Below are positions 35,085-44,230 of a DNA stretch of 55,205 nt, piece after piece. Under the pieces are notes generated by a model. That model saw nothing but the letters and a program-made list of their open reading frames with translations, had not been told where the DNA came from and ran no database searches. Each line of letters opens with the position of its first letter. Position 1 is the first letter of the stretch. The DNA lies in contig CAYJWN010000003.1 of NCBI GenBank assembly GCA_964373835.1, positions 1 to 55,205 of the forward strand, written 5' to 3'. This DNA comes from an uncultured Planctomycetales bacterium. Its GTDB lineage: Bacteria; Omnitrophota; Gorgyraeia; Aquiviventales; Aquiviventaceae. The position numbers were made by a program, and so were the translations under genes.

Positions 35085-37625
35085 ATGGGACGCTGGAACC
35101 GAACTGGAATGAGCGTTGTCGGGCTCATCGGGGGATGGTGTTTGGCGGCAAGCCTTGCGGAGGCCAGCTGTGATCGCCCGACGCAGGGCGCGTTGTGTGT
35201 CTCGTTGCCAGAGAAGAACGGCACCGTCGAGGTGCCGCTGAAGCATACCAAGGTGGAGGCAGAGGTCTCCGGACTCATCGCATCGGTCCAGGTCACGCAG
35301 ACATTTACGAACCCGTACGAGCAGCCGATCGAAGCGATCTACGTCTTTCCCTTGCCGGACAGCGCCGCGGTGAACGACATGGTCATGCAGGTCGGCGACC
35401 GGACGATCCGCGGGCTCATCAAGGAGCGCCGGGAGGCCCGCAAGATCTATGAAGCGGCCAAAGCGAGGGGTCACGTCACCGGCTTGCTCGAACAGGAGCG
35501 GCCGAATATCTTCACGCAGTCGGTGGCCAACATCGAACCGGGCAAGGACATCCTCATCACCATCCGCTACCTCCAGGATCTGCGATACGACCGCGGGGAG
35601 TACGAGTTTGTCTTTCCGATGGTGGTGGGACCTCGGTACATTCCAGGCGAGCCCACAGGTCAGCAGGCCGGCGGCTGGTCGCCCGATACGGACCGGGTGC
35701 CTGATGCCTCACGGATCACGCCGCCGGTCTTGAAACCGGGCACCCGCTCAGGCCATGACATCAGCGTCACCGTGAAGCTTGATGCGGGGGTCCCCATCCA
35801 GGGGATCCACTCGACGTCGCACCAGGTCGACATTGACCAGCGCGATGCCCATCGGGCGCAGATCACGCTGCGCCCCTCCGACACGATCCCGAACAAAGAC
35901 CTCATCGTGCGCTACGCGGTGGCCGGCAAACGGCCGGAGATGGCGTTGTTGGCCCATCGCGGCGACCTGGGCGGGTATTTCCTGCTGATGGTTCAGCCGC
36001 AGGCGGACTTCGACCTGGGTGAGATCACGCCCAAGGAAATGATTTTCGTCCTCGACACCTCCGGATCCATGAGCGGGGAGCCGATCGCCAAGGTGAAGGA
36101 GGCGATGCGCAAGGCGCTGCGCGCCATGAATCCTAATGACACGTTTCAGATCGTTCAGTTCAACTCCGGGTTGGAGATCTTCCCGGAGCAGCCGATGGCC
36201 AACACGCCGGAGAACGTGCACCGCGGCCTGTCCTACATCAATGGGATCGATGCGCGCGGCGGCACGCAGATGCTACCGGGGATCGAAGCGGCCCTGAAGG
36301 CCCCCAAAGATCCCAAGCGGCTGCGGATCGTCTGTCTGATGACGGACGGCTATATCGGCAACGAACGGGAGATCTTCGCGGCGATCCAACAGCACGTGGA
36401 GACAGCCCGGGTGTTTGCCTTTGGCGTTGGCTCCTCCGTGAACCGTTACCTCGTCACCCAGGCGGCGAAACTGGGACGGGGAGATGCCCACGTCATCCGG
36501 CAGGATGAACCCACGGATGCCGCTGTGAGGCGCTTCTATGACCGGATTGCGCGACCGTATCTCACCGACATCGAGATCGACTGGGGATCCCTTGACGTGC
36601 GTGATCTGTACCCGGCGGCGATTCCCGACCTATTCGCGGAACAACCGGTCATCGTCAAGGGGCGCTACGAAACACCCGGGAGTGCCACGATCGCCATCAA
36701 AGGAACGATCGCCAACCGCGAAGTGACATTCACGCTTCCCGTGACCTTGCCGGCACACGACACGGCTCATGAGGCGCTCGCGAGCCTCTGGGCGCGCGCC
36801 CGGATCGACGCGCTTGAAGATGAGCAGCACCGCGGGGAGCAGGCCGACGTCGTCAAGGACATCACCGAGCTGGCGCTCACGTTCCGGCTCATGTCGCAGT
36901 ACACAGCCTTTGTGGCTGTCGAAGAGCGCTCCGTCATCGACACCAATGGCCAGTTGAAAACTGTTCAGGTCCCGGTCGAAATGCCAGAAGGGGTCAGCTA
37001 TGAGGGAGTCTTTGGCAAAGACGGCGCGCGGTCCGAGGGATATTCCGCGACGGACAGTCGGCTCGGTAGCGTCGCGAGGCAAGGGCTGCAACTTGCGTGG
37101 GCCAATGGACCGGGGAGGCGGGAGACCCGGGGGCAGCTCGGCGTCGGCGCCGGGGCTCCCGCGGATCACTCCACGGCGTTAGCGGCTCAGCCGGTCCCCG
37201 GCTTCAGTCTGACGTTGAGCACCGCCGGCCCTGATGGCAAGCATCGGTTCCTTGAACTCCAGTCCTCTGGTGAGCTGTGGCTCACCGAGCGAGAGTCCTC
37301 GGGGACCAGCACGCACCGGCGGCTTGTGCGCAGGTTGACGCGTGCGCAGCGTCGCGAGCTGTGGGGACTCCTCGACACATCCGGCATGGCTCGCGGCTCG
37401 AATCAGCGGTTTGGCAGCGCGACACCGGTCGCGACGCTCACGCTGGCGGTTGACGGGCGCACCGTGACCTGGGAGTTCGGAGCGCAGACTGAGCCCGCCG
37501 GACCGCCGATCGCTCTCCAAACGTTGCTCGATCGGCTCGGGGCCAGTGAACTGTTAGGGATGCCGCAGCTCATTCGGACACCGAGTGAACCCGCGCAGCT
37601 CCTGATGTACCAACCGGCACGCTGA
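35085..37625 (+). CDS. Secreted VIT plus von Willebrand factor A domain protein
   Basis: SD aaaggagga, signal peptide, VIT-like VEAEVSGLIASVQVTQTFTNPYEQPIEAIYVFPLP, MIDAS IFVLDTSGSMSG. The ~300-aa C-terminal region has no recognised motif. Confidence 0.8.
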   Translation: MGRWNRTGMSVVGLIGGWCLAASLAEASCDRPTQGALCVSLPEKNGTVEVPLKHTKVEAEVSGLIASVQVTQTFTNPYEQPIEAIYVFPLPDSAAVNDMVMQVGDRTIRGLIKERREARKIYEAAKARGHVTGLLEQERPNIFTQSVANIEPGKDILITIRYLQDLRYDRGEYEFVFPMVVGPRYIPGEPTGQQAGGWSPDTDRVPDASRITPPVLKPGTRSGHDISVTVKLDAGVPIQGIHSTSHQVDIDQRDAHRAQITLRPSDTIPNKDLIVRYAVAGKRPEMALLAHRGDLGGYFLLMVQPQADFDLGEITPKEMIFVLDTSGSMSGEPIAKVKEAMRKALRAMNPNDTFQIVQFNSGLEIFPEQPMANTPENVHRGLSYINGIDARGGTQMLPGIEAALKAPKDPKRLRIVCLMTDGYIGNEREIFAAIQQHVETARVFAFGVGSSVNRYLVTQAAKLGRGDAHVIRQDEPTDAAVRRFYDRIARPYLTDIEIDWGSLDVRDLYPAAIPDLFAEQPVIVKGRYETPGSATIAIKGTIANREVTFTLPVTLPAHDTAHEALASLWARARIDALEDEQHRGEQADVVKDITELALTFRLMSQYTAFVAVEERSVIDTNGQLKTVQVPVEMPEGVSYEGVFGKDGARSEGYSATDSRLGSVARQGLQLAWANGPGRRETRGQLGVGAGAPADHSTALAAQPVPGFSLTLSTAGPDGKHRFLELQSSGELWLTERESSGTSTHRRLVRRLTRAQRRELWGLLDTSGMARGSNQRFGSATPVATLTLAVDGRTVTWEFGAQTEPAGPPIALQTLLDRLGASELLGMPQLIRTPSEPAQLLMYQPAR

Positions 37626-37644
37626 GCAAGCGGTCGAACGCACG

Positions 37645-37685
37645 AGCCCCGCACCGACGACTGGTGCGGGGCTTTTGTTTGTTTT
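37645..37685 (+). terminator. Canonical intrinsic terminator
   Basis: agccccgcacc, loop gacgact, ggtgcggggct, followed by ttttgtttgtttt. Confidence 0.8.
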
Positions 37686-37712
37686 GACGCCGCCAAGAGC
37701 CGTTGGTATAGT
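37684..37712 (+). promoter_or_regulatory. Sigma70-type promoter
   Basis: TTGACG, 17 nt, TATAGT. SD gggagg and ATG 37735 follow. Confidence 0.6.
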
Positions 37713-37734
37713 GATGACGACAGGGAGGTGACGG

Positions 37735-38049
37735 ATGTTGGCAGAACTCGAGGTGATTCCGATCGGCACGGAGAGCCCGAGCCTCAGTTCCGTCTTGGCT
37801 GAGGTGGCGAAATTGATCGATCAAAGCGGCCTGGACTATCGCGTGGGGGCCATGGGGACCGTCGTCGAGGGTGATTGGGACCGCATCATGCTGTTGGCCA
37901 AACAGTGCCACATGGCGGTCCTCCGGTCGGCCAGCCGCGTGATGACCTCTATCCGTATCGATGACCGGAAAGATAAGCCGGCGAACGGGCGCATCGTCCA
38001 GAAGGTCCAGTCGCTGGAAGCCAAAGTCGGCCGGCCGCTGAAACGCTGA
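37735..38049 (+). CDS. MTH1187/YkoF-like (DUF77) small ligand-binding protein
   Basis: MLAELEVIPIGTESPSLSSVLAEVAKLIDQSGLDYRVGAMGTVVEGDWD pattern typical of the family. Size 104 aa. Confidence 0.65.
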   Translation: MLAELEVIPIGTESPSLSSVLAEVAKLIDQSGLDYRVGAMGTVVEGDWDRIMLLAKQCHMAVLRSASRVMTSIRIDDRKDKPANGRIVQKVQSLEAKVGRPLKR

Positions 38050-38117
38050 CGCGCGCCCCGCCGCTCGCCCGTCCCCGCTCTACCGTCCGCCGCCCCCTCA
38101 TCCTCTGCGCCGCACTG

Positions 38118-38567
38118 GTGTGGCTGACAAGTTGCGGCGCCGCTCCGACCGACGAGCGTGTCATCCGCCGCGTGGTGGACGGCGACACCGTTGAGCTCTC
38201 CGACGGCCGCCTCCTCCGCTACATCGGGATCGACGCGCCGGAAGTGCGCCGCAGAGTCGGTGACCAATGGATCGTGGCTCCGGAACCGATGGGGCAGGAG
38301 GCGACGGACTTCAATCGCCGGTTGGTGGAAGGCCGTCGCGTGCGTCTGGAGTTCGACGTCCAGTCACACGACCGGTTCGGGCGGTTGCTGGCGTACGTCT
38401 ACGTGGCCGACGGCGGGGCCGGCGAGGTGATGGTCAATGCCGAGATGCTCCGCGCCGGCATGGCGCAGCCGCTGACCATCCCGCCCAATGTGAAATATGC
38501 GGAACACTTCCGCGCGTTGGCTGAGGAGGCGCGCCAAGAAGGCCGCGGCCTGTGGGAGGATCGCTGA
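38118..38567 (+). CDS. Thermonuclease (staphylococcal nuclease homolog), probable lipoprotein
   Basis: VVDGDTVEL...YIGIDAPE...DRFGRLLAYV. Lipobox LTSCG. The frame is open upstream to 38049 and would encode a better signal peptide, but lacks a standard start codon. Confidence 0.7.
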   Translation: MWLTSCGAAPTDERVIRRVVDGDTVELSDGRLLRYIGIDAPEVRRRVGDQWIVAPEPMGQEATDFNRRLVEGRRVRLEFDVQSHDRFGRLLAYVYVADGGAGEVMVNAEMLRAGMAQPLTIPPNVKYAEHFRALAEEARQEGRGLWEDR

Positions 38568-38590
38568 ATGACGCTGCTCGATACGCTGAT

Positions 38591-38995
38591 CTACGCCGAA
38601 GGGCTGGTCGGTTGAGGCCGTATGGCGGCGTACGATTCAAGCAGCGGTCGATATTTTGGAGATTGGCGCACGTTCGTAAGGTCCGGATCCTTCTGCGCGT
38701 GGCTCACATCCGCATAGCCGAGCTCGAAGGAGCGCCGCAGGGCCTCCAGCGCTTCATCAATCCGCTTGAGGAGCGAGTAGCTGCAGGCGAGGTTGTACCA
38801 CGTCAAGGGATCGTGGCCTCGCACTTGGGTCAGCCGAAGATCGAGCTCCAGCCCCTTCTCATGAAGGCCGCGGCGGGTGTAGGCTTCGGCAAGCGGCATG
38901 AGCACGTCGATAAAATGAGGGTAGGCGGTGAGGAGTTTCTCGTAGAAGTGAATTTCAAAATCGAGGAGCTCTTGAGATTTCGAACGTCGCGACAT
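38591..38995 (-). CDS. Small TPR-like protein
   Basis: MSRRSKSQELLDFEIHFYEKLL...WYNLACSYSLLKRIDEALEALRRSFELGY. Preferred over the antisense 190-aa ORF. ATG at 38995. Confidence 0.55.
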   Translation of the reverse strand: MSRRSKSQELLDFEIHFYEKLLTAYPHFIDVLMPLAEAYTRRGLHEKGLELDLRLTQVRGHDPLTWYNLACSYSLLKRIDEALEALRRSFELGYADVSHAQKDPDLTNVRQSPKYRPLLESYAAIRPQPTSPSA

Positions 38996-39134
38996 AATGA
39001 TAATGGATGTAACGATGGTGCCTATGATGCCTTCTATTGTGCCAGACCATCCCGCGTTGTCAAGTTTCTCTACGGAGTCTCGTTCCCCCGCGCTCCACAC
39101 GCCATGTTCTACGCTGCGCTATAATGCATCCATC

Positions 39135-40613
39135 ATGGTGCCGTGCGAGATGCCCTCAGCGCTGATCGAGACGCTCGCACGCGTCCAGTCCTTTGCCCAG
39201 GCGCGGGGACTGTCATGCTATCTTGTCGGCGGCTTGCTGCGCGACCAGCTGCTGGGGCGACCGCTGAGATATCTGAACGTCGACCTCGCCGTGCCTCGGC
39301 GCGCCGTGGAGGTGTCGCGCGCGCTCGCCGAGTCCCTGCGCGGGGCGTTCGTGCCGCTGGATGACGCCGCGGGCTCCGCCCGCGTGGTTGTCACGGTGGA
39401 TGGCGCGCGTTGCGAACTCGACGTCAGCGAGTTTCGCGGGCCGACGCTTGACGCCGACTTGGGCCGGCGGGACTTTACAATCAACGCGATGGCGATCGCC
39501 TTAGAGGACTGGCTCAAGGATCCTCACCACCCACACCCGCTCATCGATCCCCTGCAAGGACAACAGGCGCTCAAGCGCCGGCAGCTTATCGCCTGTTTTC
39601 CCGGCGCGTTTGAAGAAGACCCGGTGCGAATTCTCCGCGCGTTTCGGTTCGCGGCGCAGCTCGCGTTCACCTTGGATGCCGCCGCCACGGCGTTGATGAC
39701 CCGAGGGCTTGCGGCGCTGCCCCAGGTCTCAGGCGAGCGCGTTCGCGATGAGCTGGGCGCCATCTTCGAAACCGATCGGGCTGCCGATGCGCTCCGGGCG
39801 CTTGATCGGGTCGGGGCGCTTGACATCGTGTTCCCGGAGCTTGCGCCGGGCCGCGGCCTTGACCAGGGGGACTTCCATCATCTCGATGTGCTCGGCCATC
39901 AACTGGAAGCGGTGGCGCAGGCCGATCGGTTCCTGACTGACTTCGCCGAATTTTCCGAGCCGCTGCGCCGGCCCCTTGCGGCCTATTGCGCGGAGCAGTT
40001 GGTTGAGCGGCGCTCGCGCAAAAGCCTGATCAAGCTGGCCGCCCTCCTGCACGATGTGGGCAAACCGAGCAGCCGTCAGGTCCACCCGGATGGCGAGATC
40101 TGGTTTCTGGGCCACGAGCAGACAGGGGTCACGTTGGCGAAAGGGATTGTCGAGCGGCTGCGGCTGTCTAAGCGTGAGTCGGAGATGGTCTGCCAACTCG
40201 TGCTGCATCACCTGCGGCCTGGGTTTTTGAGCCGGGAGCCGCAGCTCACGCGCCGAGCCGTCTACCGATTCTTCAAAGAGCTGGGAGACCACGGGCCCGG
40301 GTGTCTCTTGGAGTGGTGGGCCGATCGGATGGCGACGCGCGGATCGAAATCCCGCCTCGATCAGAAGGACCAGCAGCGCCAATGTGTGGAAGAGCTGCTC
40401 AACGCCTATTTCTTCAAAGCCGAGGAGGTGGTCAAGCCGCGCCGCCTGGTCGATGGCCACCGGTTGATGCAGACGTTCCATCTCGCGCCCGGGCGCCTCA
40501 TCGGCGAGCTGCTGGCGGCGATCGAAGAGGCGCAGGCCGAAGGGCGCGTCCGCACGTCAGAGGAGGCGTTGGCGTTGGCACGGGCGCATATGACCCAACA
40601 GAAGAAGGCGTAG
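39135..40613 (+). CDS. cca: CCA-adding enzyme / poly(A) polymerase family with HD domain
   Basis: YLVGGLLRDQLLGR, NVDLAV, RDFTINAMA, HD motif LLHDVGK. Start is ATG 39135 or 39150. Confidence 0.8.
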   Translation: MVPCEMPSALIETLARVQSFAQARGLSCYLVGGLLRDQLLGRPLRYLNVDLAVPRRAVEVSRALAESLRGAFVPLDDAAGSARVVVTVDGARCELDVSEFRGPTLDADLGRRDFTINAMAIALEDWLKDPHHPHPLIDPLQGQQALKRRQLIACFPGAFEEDPVRILRAFRFAAQLAFTLDAAATALMTRGLAALPQVSGERVRDELGAIFETDRAADALRALDRVGALDIVFPELAPGRGLDQGDFHHLDVLGHQLEAVAQADRFLTDFAEFSEPLRRPLAAYCAEQLVERRSRKSLIKLAALLHDVGKPSSRQVHPDGEIWFLGHEQTGVTLAKGIVERLRLSKRESEMVCQLVLHHLRPGFLSREPQLTRRAVYRFFKELGDHGPGCLLEWWADRMATRGSKSRLDQKDQQRQCVEELLNAYFFKAEEVVKPRRLVDGHRLMQTFHLAPGRLIGELLAAIEEAQAEGRVRTSEEALALARAHMTQQKKA

Positions 40614-40640
40614 GCCAATGCGACAGCGTGGAGACGCCAG

Positions 40641-40716
40641 GAATTTCGGATTTCGGATTTCGGATTTCGGAGTCCGCGTTTTTCAATCCGCAATCCGCAA
40701 TCCGCAATCCGCAATC
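40641..40716. repeat. Heptamer hairpin (ATTTCGG x4 versus AATCCGC x4.5)
   Basis: gaatttcgg atttcgg atttcgg atttcgg ag, loop tccgcgttttt, then caatccg x4 caatc. 6 of 7 positions per unit are complementary. Related fragment ttccgcaatccgaaattc at 5851-5868. Confidence 0.85.
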
Positions 40717-40728
40717 TCCCCTCTTGCG

Positions 40729-41982
40729 ATGGCTCTCGTGTGCGGTGGTGTGATCGGGACGGTCCTCTTCCTGAGTCCAAGCGACGGGGCAGCGAACGAG
40801 GTCCGGGCTGGTGTCGCGCGCGAAGAATTCATCTTGCCGAAGGGCGTGCCGTTGGCCGGGTTCAGCCGTCGGAAAGGCAAGCCATCGAGCGGCCAGCATG
40901 ATCCGGTCGGCGTGCGGGCCTTGGTGGTGCAGGACGCCGACACCACCGTCGCGCTTGTCAGCTGCGATCTCTTGATTGTGGATGAGCGGCTCTTCGAGGC
41001 CGTGCACCGCCGTCTCACGGAGCAGGGCCTCCCGCACGACCTGACGCTGATCCTCGCCGCGACGCACACCCACTCAGGGCCGGGAGCCTATGGGAAGAAG
41101 TTTTTTGAAAAAGTCTCGATGGGCCATTTTGATCCGCGTGTGTTTGACGCGATTGCCGAGTCGGCTGCGCGCGCCGTCGTTCGCGCGCACGCCGGGCTTG
41201 TGCCGATCCACATGGTCTGCCGCAGCGGCACGGCGGATCACCTCGTGACCAATCGCGTTGGACCGCATGGGCCGGTCGATCCGGAGCTGCCGGCGTGCGC
41301 GTTCTATCCGGTGGAGGAGCGCACGCCGATGGCCGTGATCGTGAGCTTCGCCGCGCATCCGACGACGCTGGGGGCATGGAATCAGGAGCTCTCGGCGGAC
41401 TATCCCGGCGTGATCGTCAGGGAAGTGGAGCGCCGCTTTCCGACGGCGACCTGCCTGTTTTTCGCCGGCGCGGTGGGCGATCAAGGGCCGCTCAAGTCGG
41501 GCGAGGGATTCGAGCGGCCCGAGCGCGTCGGCCTTCCCCTGGCCCAACAGGCGATCGCCCTGCTGGAGAACGCCGACCCTGCGCCAGCGCAGGACGTGCG
41601 CGTCCTTCAAGAACGGATGAGGTTACCGCCGGCGGAGGTGCGTCTTGGGCGGCTGACGTTTCCGCGCTGGCTGGGCGCGCAGTTCGTCGATGACGATGCC
41701 ACGCTCTCGCTCCTGACGATGGGCAACGCCGTCTTTTTCGGCGCGCCCTGCGACTTGGCGTCAGCCCTCGGCCAGGAGCTCAAGGCCGCCGCGCGGTCGC
41801 GTGGCCTTGAGCCGGTCATCGTCGGCTTTGCCAGTGACTATGTCGGCTACTGTGTCCCTGAAGCGCTCTACGAGGCGAAGAAATATGAGTCGTCGATGGC
41901 CTTCAACGGTCCGAGAGCCGGCGAGCTCATCGTGCATCGCCTCATAGAAATGCTGGCGCGCGTAATGACACGTGACACGTGA
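40729..41982 (+). CDS. Neutral/alkaline ceramidase-like hydrolase
   Basis: GVPLAGFSRRKG...HDPVGVRALVV, LVSCDLLIV, ATHTHSGPG. ATG 40729 with signal-like MALVCGGVIGTVLFLSP; the ORF opens at 40618 inside the repeat. Confidence 0.65.
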   Translation: MALVCGGVIGTVLFLSPSDGAANEVRAGVAREEFILPKGVPLAGFSRRKGKPSSGQHDPVGVRALVVQDADTTVALVSCDLLIVDERLFEAVHRRLTEQGLPHDLTLILAATHTHSGPGAYGKKFFEKVSMGHFDPRVFDAIAESAARAVVRAHAGLVPIHMVCRSGTADHLVTNRVGPHGPVDPELPACAFYPVEERTPMAVIVSFAAHPTTLGAWNQELSADYPGVIVREVERRFPTATCLFFAGAVGDQGPLKSGEGFERPERVGLPLAQQAIALLENADPAPAQDVRVLQERMRLPPAEVRLGRLTFPRWLGAQFVDDDATLSLLTMGNAVFFGAPCDLASALGQELKAAARSRGLEPVIVGFASDYVGYCVPEALYEAKKYESSMAFNGPRAGELIVHRLIEMLARVMTRDT

Positions 41983-43252
41983 CATGATGGACATCTGCAG
42001 GGTTGTGACAGGTAACACGAAGGTGCTCATCTCCATTGCGTTTTTACTTGTCACCTGCCACCTGCCACCTGTCACCACTGATGCGGCTCAGGTTGAATAC
42101 CACGAGGGCCTGCCCATCGTCCATCTTACCGGCAGTCCCTACGAGTTGGGCCGTCAGCATGGCGAGGCGCTGCGGGAGGAAGTGCGCCGGTCGATCGGCC
42201 AGGTGTTGCGGTACTTTAGAAGCTACTTGAAGATCCCCCTCGTGCGCTCCATGGCGGCGAACTGGTGGCTCGATACCGCGTGGGCCAAGGCCGCGTCCTT
42301 CATCCCATTGGACTACGTGGAAGAGCTCAAAGGGCTGTCCGATGGATCAGGGGTGCCGCTGCGCGAGCTGTACCGGCTGCATGCCATCCCGGATCGCACC
42401 TACTCCTGCTCCAACTTTGCCGCGTGGGGGCGAGCGACGGCAGGCGGAGGGCTCATCCACGTCCGCAACCTGGACTGGAACATTGGCGCGGGCATCCAGC
42501 AATTCGCCGCCATCTTTGTCGTGCAGCCGACCGGCAAACACGCGTTTGTCAACGTCGGGTGGGCAGGATTTGTCGGAGTGCTCACCGGGATGAACGACGC
42601 GACAATCTCCATCGGCCAGATCGGCGCGGACACGGTCGATGCGACCTTCAGGGGCGAGCCCATGGTGTTTCTCATGCGTCGGGTCCTTGAAGAAGCCGAT
42701 GATCTCGAGGAAGCCGCCTCGCTGATCGTGAAGGCCCGTCGCACCGTCGGCGTCAACTACGTGGTCGCTGATGCCAAGGCGAAAGGAGCCATCGCGCTTG
42801 AGACCACGCATCAGCATGCCCGCGTCTTTCGTGCCGACGATGTCGCGGAACATGCAATCCCCTACGCGCGGCCGATCCGCGACGCCGTGTTCAGAGCCGA
42901 TACCGCCATCGATCCCACGATCCGCGACCGGCAACTCGCCTCTGAGGGAGATCCTGCGCGTGCGGGCTTGGAAGAGCCGGGGGGATCAGCCTACAGCATC
43001 CGCTATCTCGGCCAGGCCGCCGGGATCCTGGCCCACTACGGAACCCTTGATGCGACGACCGCCCAAGACATCGCGCGGAACGTCGCGCCAAGCTCCAACA
43101 TCCAAAGCGTGGTGTTCGCCTGGCCGGCTCTGTGGGTCGCCAACGCCCAGGGCACTCAGCCTGCAGCGCAGCGGCACTACCATCAGCTTGACGTGCGGCG
43201 GCTCTTGGAACGAGCAAAGCAGTCGGTGAGGAAGGCGATCAGCTCAGGCTGA
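41972..43252 (+). CDS. Peptidase C45 / acyl-CoA:6-APA acyltransferase-like Ntn hydrolase
   Basis: GSPYELGRQHGEALREEV, nucleophile context YSCSNFAAWG, IHVRNLDW. Start is GTG 41972 or ATG 41984/41987. Confidence 0.65.
   Translation: MTRDMMDICRVVTGNTKVLISIAFLLVTCHLPPVTTDAAQVEYHEGLPIVHLTGSPYELGRQHGEALREEVRRSIGQVLRYFRSYLKIPLVRSMAANWWLDTAWAKAASFIPLDYVEELKGLSDGSGVPLRELYRLHAIPDRTYSCSNFAAWGRATAGGGLIHVRNLDWNIGAGIQQFAAIFVVQPTGKHAFVNVGWAGFVGVLTGMNDATISIGQIGADTVDATFRGEPMVFLMRRVLEEADDLEEAASLIVKARRTVGVNYVVADAKAKGAIALETTHQHARVFRADDVAEHAIPYARPIRDAVFRADTAIDPTIRDRQLASEGDPARAGLEEPGGSAYSIRYLGQAAGILAHYGTLDATTAQDIARNVAPSSNIQSVVFAWPALWVANAQGTQPAAQRHYHQLDVRRLLERAKQSVRKAISSG
42047..42076. repeat. Tandem heptamer CACCTGC/CACCTGT inside the signal-peptide codons of the C45 gene
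   Basis: cttg tcacctg ccacctg ccacctg tcacc, read as LVTCHLPPVTT. Only a weak partner arm upstream (gtgacaggt at ~42005). Confidence 0.6.
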
Positions 43253-43300
43253 TCCAACGCGCGGGACAGCGCACGGACGCTCTCCGTGAGGTAGCGCCGG

Positions 43301-43655
43301 TCAAGGCGAGCGGCCCTGGTGGCGCACGATCGCCCGGACGTCCTCCCGGTCTTTGGGCCGCTCCGAGACGATCTTGTGGATGACCAAGTCCTCAGGTCGG
43401 CACACCCGAACACGGCGAGTGCCCACCTCTTCGACGACCGCGCGGGCAATCGCCTTGTGTTCATACGGCAGCGTGGCCCAGATGAGGTCGATTGGCACCG
43501 CCTCGGCAGTGTCAAGAGGCAGGACGTGCGTGTCTCGGAGGAACGTGATCGGATTGCGAGGAATCACGTGAAACACGCGTGATGAGCATGTAGGGGATGC
43601 GGTGTGCCTCGAGGAAGGCGGCGAGGAGACCGACCGCGCGTTCGAGGGCGTTCAT
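43301..43655 (-). pseudogene. Decayed nucleotidyltransferase gene (frameshift plus loss of the GG...DxD segment)
   Basis: ATG 43655 overlaps the RHH stop (ATGA) and encodes MNALERAVGLLAAFLEAHRIPYMLI, which parallels [24 protein letters not shown] of the 2581 protein. The frame then shifts at ~43577 into the 91-aa ORF whose RPEDLVIHKIVSERPKDREDV parallels [25 protein letters not shown]. Confidence 0.4.
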
Positions 43656-43954
43656 GCCGCGAGGTGCTTGAGCCGGTCGTGCAGCCGCCGGATGCCGCGC
43701 GCGCGCTCACGCAACGCCGACTCGCTGGGCGCTCGCGTCGCGACGCGCTGGCGGTGGAGCTCCGCCAGCTCGCCGACACGCGACAGCCGGGTGCCGGCTC
43801 CGAACGCGAGCGGTTGACCGGCTTGGGCCACGTAGTGGCGAAGCGCCTCCCGCACCAGCTCGCTCTTCGTCCGATGCTCCCGCCTGGCAAGCTGCTGTGC
43901 TAAGTCGCTCAGGGCCGGTGGGAGCGAAATCGTCCACGTCCTCGTCGCTCGCAT
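43652..43954 (-). CDS. Ribbon-helix-helix (CopG-like) DNA-binding protein, antitoxin-like
   Basis: TISLPPALSDLAQQLARREHRTKSELVREALRHY. The palindrome ttactaagtaa lies just upstream. Confidence 0.65.
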   Translation of the reverse strand: MRATRTWTISLPPALSDLAQQLARREHRTKSELVREALRHYVAQAGQPLAFGAGTRLSRVGELAELHRQRVATRAPSESALRERARGIRRLHDRLKHLAA

Positions 43955-44064
43955 TGGGTTTGATTACTTTGTCTTACTAAGTAACATACCATGCCGTCCC
44001 CTCGTTGTCAAGGCCTCAAGACCCATGTCATCTTGTGGATCACACGCAAAAATATGGCCGTCTC

Positions 44065-44094
44065 TTGCCTCTCTCACGGCTCCTCAGGTACACT
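44065..44094 (+). promoter_or_regulatory. Candidate promoter of the riboswitch transcript
   Basis: TTGCCT, 18 nt, TACACT. Lies in a low-GC spacer. Confidence 0.35.
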
Positions 44095-44123
44095 TAACGT
44101 GTTAGGAAAGAGTACCATCTCCC

Positions 44124-44223
44124 GATAAGGGCAAACCCGGAGCAATCCGGGGACGCAAAACCACCGGCCCCAGACGCTTTGCTTCGCAAAGCGAAGCATC
44201 TGGGGTAGCGGGGTTACCGAAGG
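44124..44223 (+). promoter_or_regulatory. GEMM-I (c-di-GMP-I) riboswitch aptamer
   Basis: Block-by-block match to the Vibrio Vc2 aptamer as I recall it: AAGGGCAAACC, CGGA-GCAA-UCCG (GNRA-capped P2), GGGACGCAAAACC, long P3 hairpin, GUAGCGGGGUUACCGAAGG. SD GAAGGAG (44219-44225) sits in the 3' strand. Confidence 0.85.
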
Positions 44224-44230
44224 AGTCGCG

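Noticed and set aside
38552-39124. 190-aa + strand ORF
   Set aside because: The - strand frame encodes a coherent TPR-like protein with an ATG start. The + frame looks like its shadow.
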